Program-made: the position numbers and the translations under genes
Shown: piece after piece, positions 1-18,012 of the stretch
Position numbering within the stretch: position 1 is the stretch's first letter
How the letters are laid out: the number at the start of each line of letters is the position of its first letter
Assembly (NCBI GenBank): GCA_964016885.1
Contig: CAXHJY010000587.1
Coordinates: 1 to 58,034, forward strand
DNA from: Eledone cirrhosa
Lineage: Eukaryota
DNA length: 58,034 nucleotides
Direction: 5' to 3'
Notes under the pieces: model-generated
The model's database searches: none
Told to the model about the DNA's origin: nothing
The model's input: the letters and a program-made list of their open reading frames with translations, nothing else

Positions 1-83
1 GTTCATTAGTTGCTCCCCCTCCCTTATTTGCCGAAGGTACTTAATGTATTTTCTTCTTTCTAACCATTTTCTATTTATTATTA

Positions 84-126
<43 letters not shown>

Positions 127-536
127 TCTAAACTTCCTTCCTCTTTCCCCATTCTTTCTTCTCAAAGTTCTGCCATTATTTTTGTTCCAACGTATTTATT
201 CGTTGTTGTTGTTTTACTTCATTGTATTCTCTTCAATTTAATTTTTTTTTCTGTCGGGTTGTCTTTGTGGTTCTTTGTGGTTCTTTGTTGTTTTGTATGG
301 CTTCGGTTTTTGTTCTCCTTCTGTTGAAGTTTGGGTTGAAAATCTTGCCATTTTTTTATATGTTTGGTTGCTTATTAGTTGCTGTCTTTCTTATTGTTGC
401 TTTTGGTGTTGGTGTTGTTGTTGTTGTTGTTGTTGTTGTTGATGTTCATAATGATGATTCGGGAGATGCTGCTGTTGCTCTTTTATTATTTTTTGCTGTT
501 GCTTCCTTTAAACATTATGTAAAACATAGGTTTTCT

Positions 537-2750
<2,214 letters not shown>

Positions 2751-3554
2751 CTAGCAGCAGTACCCAGCGTTGTATGGGTAGGTAAAATAATATCTACTTT
2801 GATTAAAAGATGTTAGCGGCTAATTCTCGATGACTCATCTATGGCCACACACAGGTCATGCGGAGGAGGGTGGTGATGACCTCTATCACTGAGAAACGCG
2901 GTGACTGACGAAGAGCCATGCTGGGGGCGGGACTTTCGAATTTGAACGAAATCGGTTGAAAAATGTGGGGAGCTAGAGCCGAAAAGGGGGAAATTTGAGC
3001 GAAAAGTTGGTATTTTCGAATATTTAAGCGGCTGCCATACCGTTCCTGAACAAAAAGTCCAAAATATAAAGCCACTTTAAGACGTGAAATAATCAGATCT
3101 AGCGTAGTGTAACATTTGAACAAAGTAGCTTGATTAATGTGGGAGCAAGAGCCGAAATCTGCGCCTAAAAGTGGTATTATTTAATATTTAAGCGGCTGCC
3201 ACGCCGTCCCATAACAACAAATGCAAAATATAAACCCATTACAGGATGTGCAATGATAAATTCTATTTTGCTTTAAAATCTGAACGAAAACGATGGCAAA
3301 ATGTGGGAGCTAGACCCAGAAATCTTATTTTTTCGATACCTAAAAAAAGGTGACCCCCCCCCCCCCCCCATCAATTTTTATCTGCAGAGTGACCCCGGAA
3401 TAAAAAAAAAAACGATACGCTGATATATAGAAAACACTCCCCAATGACTAATCTATGAGCCTGTAAAGGTTCATGAAAATCGGTCGTATGATGTATAGGT
3501 AATACACAGACACACACACACACACACACATACTTAATTTGATATATATACAGA
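2751..3554 (-). mobile_element. Non-autonomous Helitron
   Basis: The minus strand starts A|TCTGTATATATAT followed by a (GT)n tract. It ends with the hairpin ACCCA-TACAACGC-TGGGT, then ACTGCTG-CTAG|T. This gives 5'-TC, 3'-CTAG, a subterminal hairpin and an A/T insertion site. Confidence 0.75.
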
Positions 3555-3591
3555 TATATACATATATATATGTGCATGTATATATATGTGC

Positions 3592-3623
<32 letters not shown>

Positions 3624-4390
3624 ATATATATATACACAACATCATCATCATCAACGTTCATATCCATAAACCTTATTCCTAAATATCTAGTTATTGTTGT
3701 TGTTATCTTTAATTTCATATTTCTTACTTCCTATTCTTTTAATCATTTATTCATAAATTTATCCAATCGTTCTTCATACATTTTCTTCCCTACTTCCTTC
3801 TCTTTCGTGCTTCCATACCATTTCTTCCCCGGCTCCTTCTCGTTCCTTCTTCTGTATACAATTTTCATATTTCCTCCATATTATTCCTCTCATTTTTCCT
3901 TCTATTTTTCCTCTTTTTTTCTTATCTCCTCGTTCTTTTATCTCATCGCGTCTCACTACATTGTATCAGTTTATCACATTCATTCCTTCCATAAATTCCT
4001 TCTGATCTTCCCTTACTTATTTATTTACATATTTCCTTTTCATGCACGCTCTTTCTTCCTATTTCTTTTTTTTTTTTTTTGTATTTTATATTATTTTTGG
4101 TTATTTTTTCATCATGTTTTCTGATTCTGCTGTTGTTGTTGTTATTATCAATGTTGTTGCGGTTATATTTATAAATATATATATATATAAAAATATGTGT
4201 GTATGTATTTATATACCCATACATGTGTATATTTATATACCCATACATGTGTATATATAAATACATTTATATATATATATATAATATATATATATATAGA
4301 CACATATAAATATAAATATATACATATATATATACATATATTTACATATACTTATACACATATACATATATACATATATACGTATACATA

Positions 4391-4422
<32 letters not shown>

Positions 4423-4942
4423 CATACAAACATACATGCATACATACATATTTATATAGACGCATGCATACCTACTTATGCGTTTGCAGTGATCGTGCTG
4501 TTCTTGGTGGTTGCTTTGATAGTAACCGGAGATGGAGGTGGCGCTGGTGGTGGTGTTGGTGGTGCTGCTGCTAGTGGTGGTGGTGATGGTGGTGGTGGTG
4601 GTGGTGGTGGTGGTGTGGCAGAGCTGGTATTGGTAATGGTCATTGTAGTGGTGGTAGTGTTTTCTTTTATACCTTACAGTACGTATTCCTTTTTGTTGCA
4701 TAACCCTAATAAAGCGTTCCTCTCACTCCACCATTCAGTGTTACTACTTTCATATTGCCTTTTTCTTAACGTATTGTATGCAGACTTCAAACTTCTATTC
4801 ATGATTCTATCTATCTATATACATATATATATATGTATATATACATATATATATACATACATATATAGGTACACATATATATATAAATATTCGTACCATA
4901 CATACATACATACATACATACATACATACATACATACATACA

Positions 4943-4976
<34 letters not shown>

Positions 4977-5110
4977 GGTACACATATATATATAAATATT
5001 CGTACATACATACATACATACATACATACATACATACATACATACATACATACATACATACATACATACATACACCCCTCTACCATTTTAACTGAAAGCG
5101 TGCTGGCTAT

Positions 5111-5158
<48 letters not shown>

Positions 5159-5191
5159 CATTATATATATATTTATATATATACAGAGAGA

Positions 5192-6454
<1,263 letters not shown>

Positions 6455-6493
6455 TTTCGCTTTTTCTACCCGCCGAAATGCGATTCTCGCTGA

Positions 6494-6528
<35 letters not shown>

Positions 6529-6529
<1 letters not shown>

Positions 6530-6670
6530 CAAAAGAAATGTGGTAAGGAACCAGATGGACCATAACGCACCAAAGTACTCAATACTTAGGGTAGTAGAGT
6601 GGGTAATATGAACAAGTATGACCCCCGACGGCTGAGCTCAAGCCGTTTCGACAGCTAATTCTGAACTCAT
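6529..6670 (-). mobile_element. Penelope-like module, family C (3' half of hammerhead plus tail)
   Basis: The minus strand reads GAAA-CGGCU-UGAGCUC-AGCCG-UC-GGGGGUC, then a tail with CTAAGTATTGAGTAC; homologous to 22912-23121, 23458-23622, 19640-19685 and 28460-28512. Confidence 0.7.
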
Positions 6671-6989
6671 ACATATATATATATATACACCACTCACAAA
6701 TGGCTATGATGGTGGAAGATTGAGTAACGAAAGAAAGAAAGAAAGAAAGAAAGAACGAAAGAAAGAAAGAAAGAAAGAAAGAACGAAAAATGAGAAAGAA
6801 AGAAGGATAGAAAGAGATTTAAGGGAGGGGGCTGAGATGGTTGTGAAACAAGAGGATGCGGCGTTTGTTTTAATAATGTTGATGCAGCATTAACAAACTG
6901 GTTGGCGGTTTTGGTGGTGGTGGTGGTGTTGATGGTGGTGTTGATGGTAGTTGTGGTGATACTGTTGTTGTTGGTGGTGGTGGTGATAC

Positions 6990-7020
<31 letters not shown>

Positions 7021-7134
7021 GGTGTAGTGAGGGTCGAGAGACCTCAACATTGTTGGCAAATATACAAATAGTGGCCTTTTACACCTCCACCACCTCCCAC
7101 CTTCACTCCCTACCAATAAAAATAATAATAATAA

Positions 7135-7655
7135 TCGTTTCTACTTTAGGTACAAGGCCAGCAATTTTTGAGGGGAGGGGGATGTCCATTAAATCTACCC
7201 CAGTGGGTTACTGGTACTTTATATTATCGATTCTGTAAGGATGAAAGATAAAGTTAACCTCTGCGGGATTTGAAATCAGATCCTAAAGGGCCGTAACTCT
7301 ATGCTGCAAAGCATGGCGTCTGACGCTCTGCCGATACTGCCAAACCACCAGCATAATAATTATAATAATTGTTTCTACGTTAGGCACAAGGTCAGCAATT
7401 ACCCAGTGTATTACTGGTACTTTATTTTATCGACCCCGTAAGGATGAAAGGCAGGCAGGAGGCCAATAATTTAGGGAAGGGAAAGTCGATTAAACCGACC
7501 CCAGTACATTACTGGTACTTTATTTTATCGACCACGTTAGGATGAAAGGAAAATTTAACCTCGGCGGGATTTGAACACAGATCATAAAGGGCCGTAACGC
7601 TATGCTACAAAGCATGGCGTCCGATCCTCTACCGATACTGCCAATCCACCACCCT
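7135..7655 (-). mobile_element. Tandem cluster of tRNA-derived SINE family 1 (two near-full copies and one partial)
   Basis: A-box-like TGGCAGTATCGGTAG, B-box-like GTTCAAATCCC, body TTCATCCTTACGGGGTCGATAAAATAAAGTACCAGT and tail GCCTTGTGCCTAAAGTAGAAAC. Confidence 0.85.
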
Positions 7656-7751
7656 TTACCGTAATAACGGACACTGGATACTTTGCAGACAGTGCATCAA
7701 CAAGAGATATTTTTATCCACAAAGTTCGATCACGAACACTATATTTAATAG

Positions 7752-8226
7752 AGCAGAGATCAAGTCCAGTACATAAGTTGACATTATCAAGCCTTCGTTT
7801 TGGTTGTCGCCCCTGGTCCTCTTACCAGCCAACCTTCCTTACGGGAATATATAATACCTTTCGATTACCAACAGCAGAGATCAAGTCCAGTTCATAGGTT
7901 GACATTATCAAGACATCGTTTTGGCTGTCGGCCTCTGCTTCTCTTACCAGCCAACGTTCCTTCCAGGAATATATAATACCTTTCGATCACCAACAGCAGA
8001 GTTTAAAGAGCAGAGATCAAGTCCAGTCTATAGGTTGACATTATCTAGCCGTGGTTTTGGCTGCCGGCCTCTGCTTCTCTTACCAGCCAACCTTCCTTCC
8101 AGGAATATATAATACCTTTCGATCACCAACAGCAGAGTTTAAAGAGCAGAGATCAAGTCCAGTCTATAGGTTGACATTATCTAGCCATCGTTTTGGCTGC
8201 CGGCCTCTGGTTCTCTTACCACCCAA
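7752..8226. repeat. Tandem array, about 4 units of 120-132 bp
   Basis: AGCAGAGATCAAGTCCAGT...GTTGACATTATC...CTCTTACCAGCCAAC...GGAATATATAATACCTTTCGAT is repeated; the last unit is incomplete. Confidence 0.9.
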
Positions 8227-8569
8227 CGTTCCATCCAAACAAAACCTACTCCCACCACGAGCTGGTCTTCGCAAAGGGTTGTAACTATATGCTGCAAAGC
8301 ATGGTGTTTGACGTTCTATCGATACTGCCAATCCGCCATAGAATTGAGGCTATAGAAATGTTATTTTGTTGGTGTATATAATTGAATTATTCCTGATATT
8401 CTCCAAGACTTGCAACAGAACTTGTTAAACAGTCTTAATATCTAATCTGATAAAAAGATCTTCAAATAGTTTTCACAGTCGGATCTTGTGTGGTGTTTAT
8501 CGATTTCAACAGTCGCTTTATTAATTAACTTTTGTTCATTAATACCTGATGGTCTCTCTCTCTCCATCT

Positions 8570-9365
8570 CTGTGTATGTGAGTGTGTGTGTTAGTGTGTG
8601 TGCGTGTGTGGGTGTGTTAGTGTAGGTGTGTGTGTGTTAGTGTTGGTGAGGGTGTGTGTGTGTTAGTGTAGGTGTCGGTGTGTGTGTGTGTATGCCGTTG
8701 TGTGTGTTAGTGTTGGTGAGGGTGTGTGTGTGTGTTAGTGTAGGTATGTGTGCTAGTGTAGGTGTGTGTGTTGGTGTAGGTGTGTGTTAGTGTAGGTGTG
8801 TGTGTGTTAGCGTAGGTGTGTGTTAGTGTTGGTGAGGGTGTGTGTATGTGTTAGTGTTGGTGAGGGTGTGTGTGTGTGTGTTAGTGTAGGTGTGTGTGTT
8901 AGTGTTGGTGTGTGTGTGTTAGTGTAGGTGTGTGTGTGTTAGTGTAGGTGTGTGTGTTAGTGTTGGTGAGGGTGTGTATGTGTTAGTGTTGGTGTATGTG
9001 TATGTGTGTGAGTGTGAGTGTGTGTGTGAGTGTGTGTGTGAATGTGTGTGTGAGTGTGTGTGTGAGTGTGTGTGAGTATTTGTGTGTGAGAGAGAGAGAT
9101 AGAAAGTATGTGTGTATGTCTGTTAGACAGTGAGAGTGTGTGTGAGAAAGAAAGTGAGTGTGTGTGTGACTGTGTGTGTGTGTGTGAGAGAGTGGAAGTG
9201 TGCGTGTGTGAGAGAGAGAGTATATCTATGTGATTTAGTGTGTGAGTGTGGTGATGTGTACGTGTGCGTGAGTGTAGTGTGTGTGTGAGTGAGAGAATAT
9301 ATGTATGTATCTACGTGAGAGAATGTGTGTATATATGTATGTGAGAGAATATATATATATGTGTG
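8570..9365. repeat. GT-rich mini/microsatellite
   Basis: Units GTGTTAGTGTAGGTGT and GTTAGTGTTGGTGAGGGTGT grade into (GT)n and (GA)n. Confidence 0.9.
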
Positions 9366-9524
9366 ACCTATAAGGGTGAACATATCTGTTTTATTGAATA
9401 CATTTCCTAATTCTAATAAATTAATCGTCTGGTGTGGCGAAAAATTTGGATCAAAAGGTGACCAAGTACTACCTGGTGTGAACATTTTTTCCTATTTTCT
9501 TTTGTTTAGTTGTGTATTTGTTTG

Positions 9525-9597
<73 letters not shown>

Positions 9598-9603
<6 letters not shown>

Positions 9604-9903
9604 TGTAATAAACCGCATAAGATAATTATTTCATTTACCAGTGGTTTCTTGAGAGAAAACAAATCTGCTTTCAGTCATCAGAATGGAAAAGTCCTGGTGT
9701 TTTTATTGGTATTTTTGTTGGTATTCAATAAAAACACCAGGATTTTTTCATCCTGATGACTGAAAGCAGATTTGTTTGCTTTCAAGAAACCACTGGTAAA
9801 TGAAATAATTATCTTATATTCTTTATTGCATAACTATTAAGCTCTGTAACCTACATAGAGCACTCTTTTTTCCTGGACCTTTCCGACGGAATAACTTCAT
9901 TCA

Positions 9904-9906
<3 letters not shown>
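9598..9906 (+). mobile_element. Penelope-like module, family D: hairpin 9598-9836 plus 3' tail
   Basis: About 110-bp inverted arms around loop 9709-9725, flanked by (AT)n; the tail TACATAGAGCACTCTT is shared with 19930-20000 and 51010-51063. Confidence 0.75.
9746..9805 (+). ncRNA. Type I hammerhead ribozyme motif (mirror copy on - strand at about 9629-9688)
   Basis: CUGAUGA 9753-9759, stem II UGAAAGCA/UGCUUUCA, GAAA 9786-9789, stem III ACCA/UGGU, GUA 9796-9798, stem I UUUCAU/AUGAAA. Confidence 0.7.
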
Positions 9907-10000
<94 letters not shown>

Positions 10001-10029
10001 GTATATATATACACACATATATATATGAG

Positions 10030-10298
10030 TAAACGGATATTTAATTTGTTGGTAATTCAACAAATACATATATTTACAACTGATTGGAAGCACTCGACAA
10101 GATTTCTGGAGTATAATATACATGATATTAATAAATGGAAACTATATTTATAAAACCATATATTTCAATGTCAATATATGTCAATATTTATGAAACAAAC
10201 TTTGTATTTTATCATAACCATTCAATGGCTATCATCGAAATATATATAGCAGTAAATAAAGGATTATGAGTTCATGCAATTGACTTATTATGTTTCGT

Positions 10299-10302
<4 letters not shown>
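10030..10302 (+). mobile_element. Penelope-like module, family J (internally deleted/chimeric)
   Basis: 10183-10212 matches 21313-21341; 10212-10300 matches the reverse complement of 45228-45313. Confidence 0.6.
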
Positions 10303-10348
<46 letters not shown>

Positions 10349-10410
10349 GTGTATATATATATGTATGTATGTATATATATATGTATATATATATATACAT
10401 ATATCACCGG

Positions 10411-10842
10411 GATGACCCTTAGCCTTTGTCAAGGCAGAATTCTAGGAGAAGGAAAACTCTGATATAACACCTGCAACCCTGATGGTATCCAATGATGTTG
10501 ACTTGTTCCTCTTTTTGGTAAATAGCATCTTGGTTAAGAGAGTGGGACTGGCTTTGTGCAGTGCCTTTGCTCACTATAAAAGCTTCACGGCACAGGCATT
10601 GCTTTATATCTGGAGATCTCTCTGCACTTGTCCTCACATGGGCCCAGCACTATGTGTCAATAATTGTCCTACCATGGGCCTAGCACTATGTGTCAATGAT
10701 TGTCACAGGTGTAGTGTTTGTACCAGAGGTTTCAAGTCGCTGGCTGGACTAAAAAGTCACACTCGTTCAGCGCTTCGGTAGGGGTTATCCTACATGGATG
10801 TAAAGTAGTGGCCGTACTCGAAAACGAGTTGGCAGCCACCAT
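10411..10842 (+). mobile_element. Bipartite RTE-derived non-autonomous retroelement, copy 1
   Basis: RTE-type 5' UTR motif CTAGGAGAAGGAAAACTCTGA; the 3' part encodes [19 protein letters not shown] (RTE C-terminal Cys/His motif); tail CTCGAAAACGAG...GCAGCCACCAT; three copies in the window. Confidence 0.7.
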
Positions 10843-10908
10843 GTGTGTGTGTATGTGTGTGTGTATGTATGTATGTGTGGATATGTAGGGGCGTATGTAT
10901 GTATGTGG

Positions 10909-10941
<33 letters not shown>

Positions 10942-11087
10942 GGTGTTTGTGTGTATGTATATGTGGGTATGTATGTATGTGTGTATGTATGTATATGTGG
11001 GTGTGAATGTACGTATATATGTATGTATGTATGTGTGTATGTATGTATGTATGTATATGTATGTATACATATACATCTCCGGGAGAG

Positions 11088-11519
11088 ATGACCCCTTAGC
11101 CTTTGTCAAGGCAGAATTCTAGGAGAAGGAAAACTCTGATATAACACCTGCAACCCTGATGGTATCCAATGATGTTGACTTGTTCTTCTTTTTGGTAAAT
11201 ATCATCTTCGTTAAGAGAGTGGGACTGGCTTTGTGCAGTGCCTTTGCTCACTATAAAAGCTTCACGGCACAGGCATTGCTTTATATCTGGAGATCTCTCT
11301 GCACTTGTCCTCACATGGGCCCAGCACTATGTGTCAATAATTGTCCTACCATGGGCCTAGCACTATGTGTCAATAATTGTCACAGGTGTAGTGTTTGTAC
11401 CAGAGGTTTCAAGTCGCTGGCTGGACTAAAAAGTCACACTCGTTCAGCGCTTCGGTAGGGGTTATCCTACATGGATGTAAAGTAGTGGCCGTACTCGAAA
11501 ACGAGTTGGCAGCCACCAT
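11088..11519 (+). mobile_element. Bipartite RTE-derived element, copy 2
   Basis: Near-identical to 10411-10842, including the 36-bp internal duplication. Confidence 0.7.
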
Positions 11520-11548
11520 ATATATATATATATATAAATATATATATG

Positions 11549-11883
<335 letters not shown>

Positions 11884-12006
11884 GTTGTTATACTTGGGGA
11901 GGGTCATATTTGCGTAATATTGCCAGAATTAATAACAGAACACACTCACTGTTTGGGTGGTTTTCGCTTCTCGCTGTCTTTTATATCTGCGATCTAACTT
12001 ACTCGG
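11884..12006 (-). mobile_element. Penelope-like module, family F, solitary short arm
   Basis: Near-identical to 12874-12996. Confidence 0.7.
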
Positions 12007-12033
12007 TATATGTACATATATATAAATATATAT

Positions 12034-12590
12034 ACGTGGAAAAGTAAGAAATCGGAGAATAGGCCGTTAAAACATGTTTATTTAAAACAGCACCTACGTA
12101 CGTTTCGCCCAGTTAGGCTTCTAAAGGGCATAAATAACCAAGTGTTCCTTACATTGCTGGGAAAGAGTTTTTGGTGTTAAATTCACGTCAAGGTTCATTA
12201 CTCGCAATTTCTTACTTTTCCACGTGCTTTCTTTCCCACGTGCTTACGCTCTGCTAACTCTCTAGCCCACTAAATATTAACACTTCGAATATTTAATACT
12301 GCCGGAACTAATACTGCCGGAGCACCTTTGGCATACGCTACTTGGCAAATAACTATATGTATCACCTATCCTCCCCCTTTTTCTCTCCTTCTCGATACGT
12401 AAATACTGTATAAATATATATATGTATATATATATGTATATATAAAAATATATATATATGTATATTAACACTTCGAATATTTAATACTGCCGGCACTAGT
12501 ATCGAGCACCTTTGGCATACGCTACTTCGCAAATAACTATATGTATCACCTATCCCCCCTTTTTTTCTCTTTCTCGATACGTAAATACTA
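12034..12590. mobile_element. Penelope-like module, family G: decayed minus-strand hammerhead, 19-bp inverted repeat and duplicated tail
   Basis: Inverted repeat 12034-12052/12207-12225; the minus strand reads CUUUAGAA-GCC..GGC-GAAA-CGUACG-UA-GG at 12090-12129; tail 12274-12410 is duplicated at 12462-12590. Confidence 0.6.
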
Positions 12591-12796
12591 TATATATATA
12601 TGTATATATATATACATATATATATGTATATATATATATATATGTATATATATATACATATATATATGTATATATATATATATGTATATATATATACATG
12701 TATATATATAAATATATATATGTATATATATATAAATATATATATGTATATATATATAAATATATATATATATACATATATATATGTATTTATATA

Positions 12797-12827
<31 letters not shown>

Positions 12828-12870
12828 TAGTTTAGCGAGGTTTTTTATATGAAATCGTGTGTCGAAACAG

Positions 12871-13173
12871 ATATTGTTATACTTGGGGAGGGTCATATTT
12901 GCGTAATATTGCCTGAATTAATAACAGAACACACTCACTGTTTGGTTGGTTTTCGCTTCTCGATGTCTTTTATATCTGCGATCTAACTTACTCGGTCCTC
13001 AATGTTGCCATTGACTGACCGTCGGTCAGTCAATGGCAACATTGAGGACCGAGTAAGTTAGATCGCAGATATAAAAGACATCGAGAAGCGAAAACCAACC
13101 AAACAGTGAGTGTGTTCTGTTATTAATTCAGGCAATATTACGCAAATATGACCCTCCCCAAGTATAACAATAT
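12871..13173. repeat. Perfect palindrome, 151-bp arms with a 1-nt centre at 13022 (family F module)
   Basis: ...TTGACTGACCG-T-CGGTCAGTCAA...; arms compared by eye out to ATATTGTTAT/ATAACAATAT; the left arm continues to about 12827. Confidence 0.95.
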
Positions 13174-13246
13174 ATATATATATATATAATATATGTATAT
13201 ACGTATATATATATATGTATATATATATATAATATATATATATACG

Positions 13247-13291
<45 letters not shown>

Positions 13292-13547
13292 TATATATAA
13301 TATATATATATACGTATATATATTTATCTATATATAATATATATATATACGTATATATATATATGTATATATATATATGTATATATATATAATATATATG
13401 TATACGTATATATATATGTATATATATATACGTATATATATATGTATATATATATACGTATATATATATGTATATATATATGTATATATATATACGTATA
13501 TATATATATGTATATATATATACGTATATATATATATATATATATAC

Positions 13548-14169
<622 letters not shown>

Positions 14170-14248
14170 TATACGTATATATATATATGTATATATATAT
14201 AAATATATATATATAAATATATATATATAATATATATATATATATACG

Positions 14249-14304
<56 letters not shown>

Positions 14305-14392
14305 CGTATATATATATATATATATTTGTATATATATGTATATACATACGTATATATATGTATATATATATACATATACTTATATATATACG

Positions 14393-14423
<31 letters not shown>

Positions 14424-14440
14424 GTATATACATACGTATA

Positions 14441-14478
<38 letters not shown>

Positions 14479-14492
14479 TTTATATATATACG

Positions 14493-14527
<35 letters not shown>

Positions 14528-14676
14528 ATATACATACGTATATATATATGTATATATATATGTATATAAATACGTATATATATATGTATATATATATATA
14601 TATATACATACATATATATATACATATATATATACATATATATACATATATATATATATATACATATAATATATAC

Positions 14677-14755
<79 letters not shown>

Positions 14756-14816
14756 CATATATATATACATATATATATACATATATATATACATATATAT
14801 ATACATATATATATAC

Positions 14817-14847
<31 letters not shown>

Positions 14848-14920
14848 CATATATATATACATATATATATATATACATATATTATTATATACATATATAT
14901 ATATACATATATATATATAC

Positions 14921-14951
<31 letters not shown>

Positions 14952-14961
14952 TACCTATATA

Positions 14962-15065
<104 letters not shown>

Positions 15066-15110
15066 CATATATATATATATATATGTATATGTATACACAT
15101 ATATATATAT

Positions 15111-15155
<45 letters not shown>

Positions 15156-15286
15156 TATATACATATATACGTATATATATATATACATACATATATACAT
15201 ATATACGTATATATATATATACATACATATATATATATATATGTATATATATATACATATATATATATAATACGTGTGTGTGCATG

Positions 15287-15783
15287 TGTAATAGAAAAAC
15301 TAAGTAACATAACCAGCCAGTCTGGCAGGGAGCTCTATAGCGATGATGGACTAACTAACTCAGTATTACACCTTTATAAAAAATTGAAAAATAGAAAAGA
15401 TTTCAGAGTTTTAGCCCCACAATAATCTTTAAAACCAAGAAACTAATAATAAATCTCCTAGGCCTTACACTAAACGCTAGACCTAACCGCAGGAACACAT
15501 TGTCCTTGTGGAATACCATAAAAAAATCGTTTCTATATGAAGACAAACATTCCATGAAATATAAAAACAAGAACCTACAATAAGAAACATACATCTAGTT
15601 AGCAGAATAAGTGACATGAAGTTTCAACGAACCGGAAACGTTGTACAATGAAGACGTAAACCTACTGGGCTCTGAGAAAAGTCAAAGAAAACAAATACAA
15701 ATATAATAAAAAAGAAAGCAAGAATAACGAAGTAAATATCACCTGATTATAACAGTTCTTCAGTCTAAAGATACTGACTAGAG
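15287..15783 (+). pseudogene. Decayed Penelope-like reverse transcriptase fragment
   Basis: In order, across frameshifts and stops: [22 protein letters not shown] (YxDD), IINLLGLTLN, SFNEPETLYNEDVNLLG and [13 protein letters not shown]. These resemble the PLE RT motifs GLYRDDGL, VNFLDVTLN, FN.A.P.YN.AL..SG and NIIWFNPPFS as recalled. Confidence 0.65.
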
Positions 15784-15792
15784 TGGTATTCG

Positions 15793-15830
<38 letters not shown>

Positions 15831-15993
15831 TGTGTGTGTGTGTCTGCGTGTGTGTGTGTCTGTGTGTGTGTCTATTTATATCTTAAATGTATGTGTTTGA
15901 AAATACCCCACCAGTCACACACGCACACAGCGCACACACATATGTATGCATGTATGTATGTATCTATATTTGTAAATATATCTATTTATATAA

Positions 15994-16047
<54 letters not shown>

Positions 16048-16048
16048 G

Positions 16049-16089
<41 letters not shown>

Positions 16090-16104
16090 GTGTACGTGTA
16101 TTTT

Positions 16105-16145
<41 letters not shown>

Positions 16146-16223
16146 TTACATATATATATATATATGTACGTATATATATATATATACATATATACATATG
16201 TACATATATATACATATATATAC

Positions 16224-16254
<31 letters not shown>

Positions 16255-16326
16255 TATGTATGTATATATATATGTATGTATATATATATATATATACATA
16301 TGTACATATATATATGTATATATATG

Positions 16327-16357
<31 letters not shown>

Positions 16358-16398
16358 ATATATATCTATATATATATATACATATACATATATGTATA

Positions 16399-16436
<38 letters not shown>

Positions 16437-16464
16437 TATGTATATATATATATATATTTGTATG

Positions 16465-16505
<41 letters not shown>

Positions 16506-16526
16506 ATGTATATATATATATGTATG

Positions 16527-16558
<32 letters not shown>

Positions 16559-16572
16559 CATATGTATGTGTG

Positions 16573-16609
<37 letters not shown>

Positions 16610-16655
16610 ATGTATATATACAGATATATATATACGTATATATATATATATATAT

Positions 16656-16703
<48 letters not shown>

Positions 16704-16859
16704 GTATATATATGTATATATATATATGTATATATACGTATATATATATCTTTATATCTATATATATTTATACATACATATATATATACGTATATATATA
16801 CATACATTTATATATATACGTATATATATATATATATATATATATACATACATATATAT

Positions 16860-18012
16860 ATATATGTGTGGGTAACTATGTATGTGTGTATGTGTGTGTA
16901 TGTAAGTATATATGTACATGTGTGCATGGGCATGTATCTATAGATATGTGTATGTATGTTTCTCTGTATATATGTATATGTGTGTGTATATGTATGTATG
17001 TATATATGTGTGTATGTATATATGTGTGTGTGTATGTATGTGTATCTTTGTATATGTATTGGTAAATAAGTATGTGTGTGTATATGTATGTATATATGTG
17101 TGTGTGTATAAGTATATATGTATGTGTGTGCGTATATGTATGTATGTATATATGTATGTGTGTATGTATATGTGTCTTTGTATATGTATGGGTAAATATG
17201 TATGTGTGTATGTATGTGTATCTTTGTATATGTATTGGTAAATATGTATGTGTGTGTATATGTATGTATATATGTGTGTGTATAAGTATATATGTATGTG
17301 TGTGCGTATATGTATGTATATATGTATGTGTGTAAGTATATGTGTCTTTGTATATGTATGGCTAAATATGTATGTGTGTATATGTATGTATGTATATATG
17401 TGTGTATATATGTATGTGTGTATGTATATGTATCTTTGTATATGTATGGGTAAATATGTACGTGTGTGTATACGTATGTATGTACATATGTGTGTGTATA
17501 TGTATGTATATATGTGGGTATGTATGTGTGTGTGTATATTTATGTATGTATATATGTATGTATATATGTATGTGTGTATGTATATGTATCTTTGTATATG
17601 TATGGGTAAATATGTATGTGTATGTATATGCATGTATGTATATATGTATGTATATATGTATTGTGTATGTATATGTATCTTTGTATATGTTTGGGTAAAT
17701 ATGTATGTGTGTGTATATATATATATGTATATATGTATGTATATATGTATATGTATATTTGTATATGTATGGGTAAATATGTATGTGTGTGTATATGTAT
17801 GTATGTATATATGTGTGTATATATGTATGTATATGTATCTTTGTATATCTTTGGGTAAATATGTATGTGTGCGTATATGCAAGTATGTATATATGTATGT
17901 ATATATTTATGTGCGTATGTATATGTATCTTTGTATATGTATGGTAAATATGCATGTGTGTGTATATGTATGTATGTACATATGTGTGTATATATGTATA
18001 TATGTATGTGTG
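16860..18012. repeat. GTAT-rich minisatellite
   Basis: Recurring GTATCTTTGTATATGTATGGGTAAATATGTATGTGTG units. Confidence 0.9.

Noticed and set aside
4465-4700. Pro/Thr-rich minus-strand exon
   Set aside because: Mostly (GGT)n, with no convincing splice acceptor and no recognisable product.
7752-8226. CRISPR-like regular repeat
   Set aside because: Whole units repeat with no unique spacers, there are no cas genes, and the context is eukaryotic.
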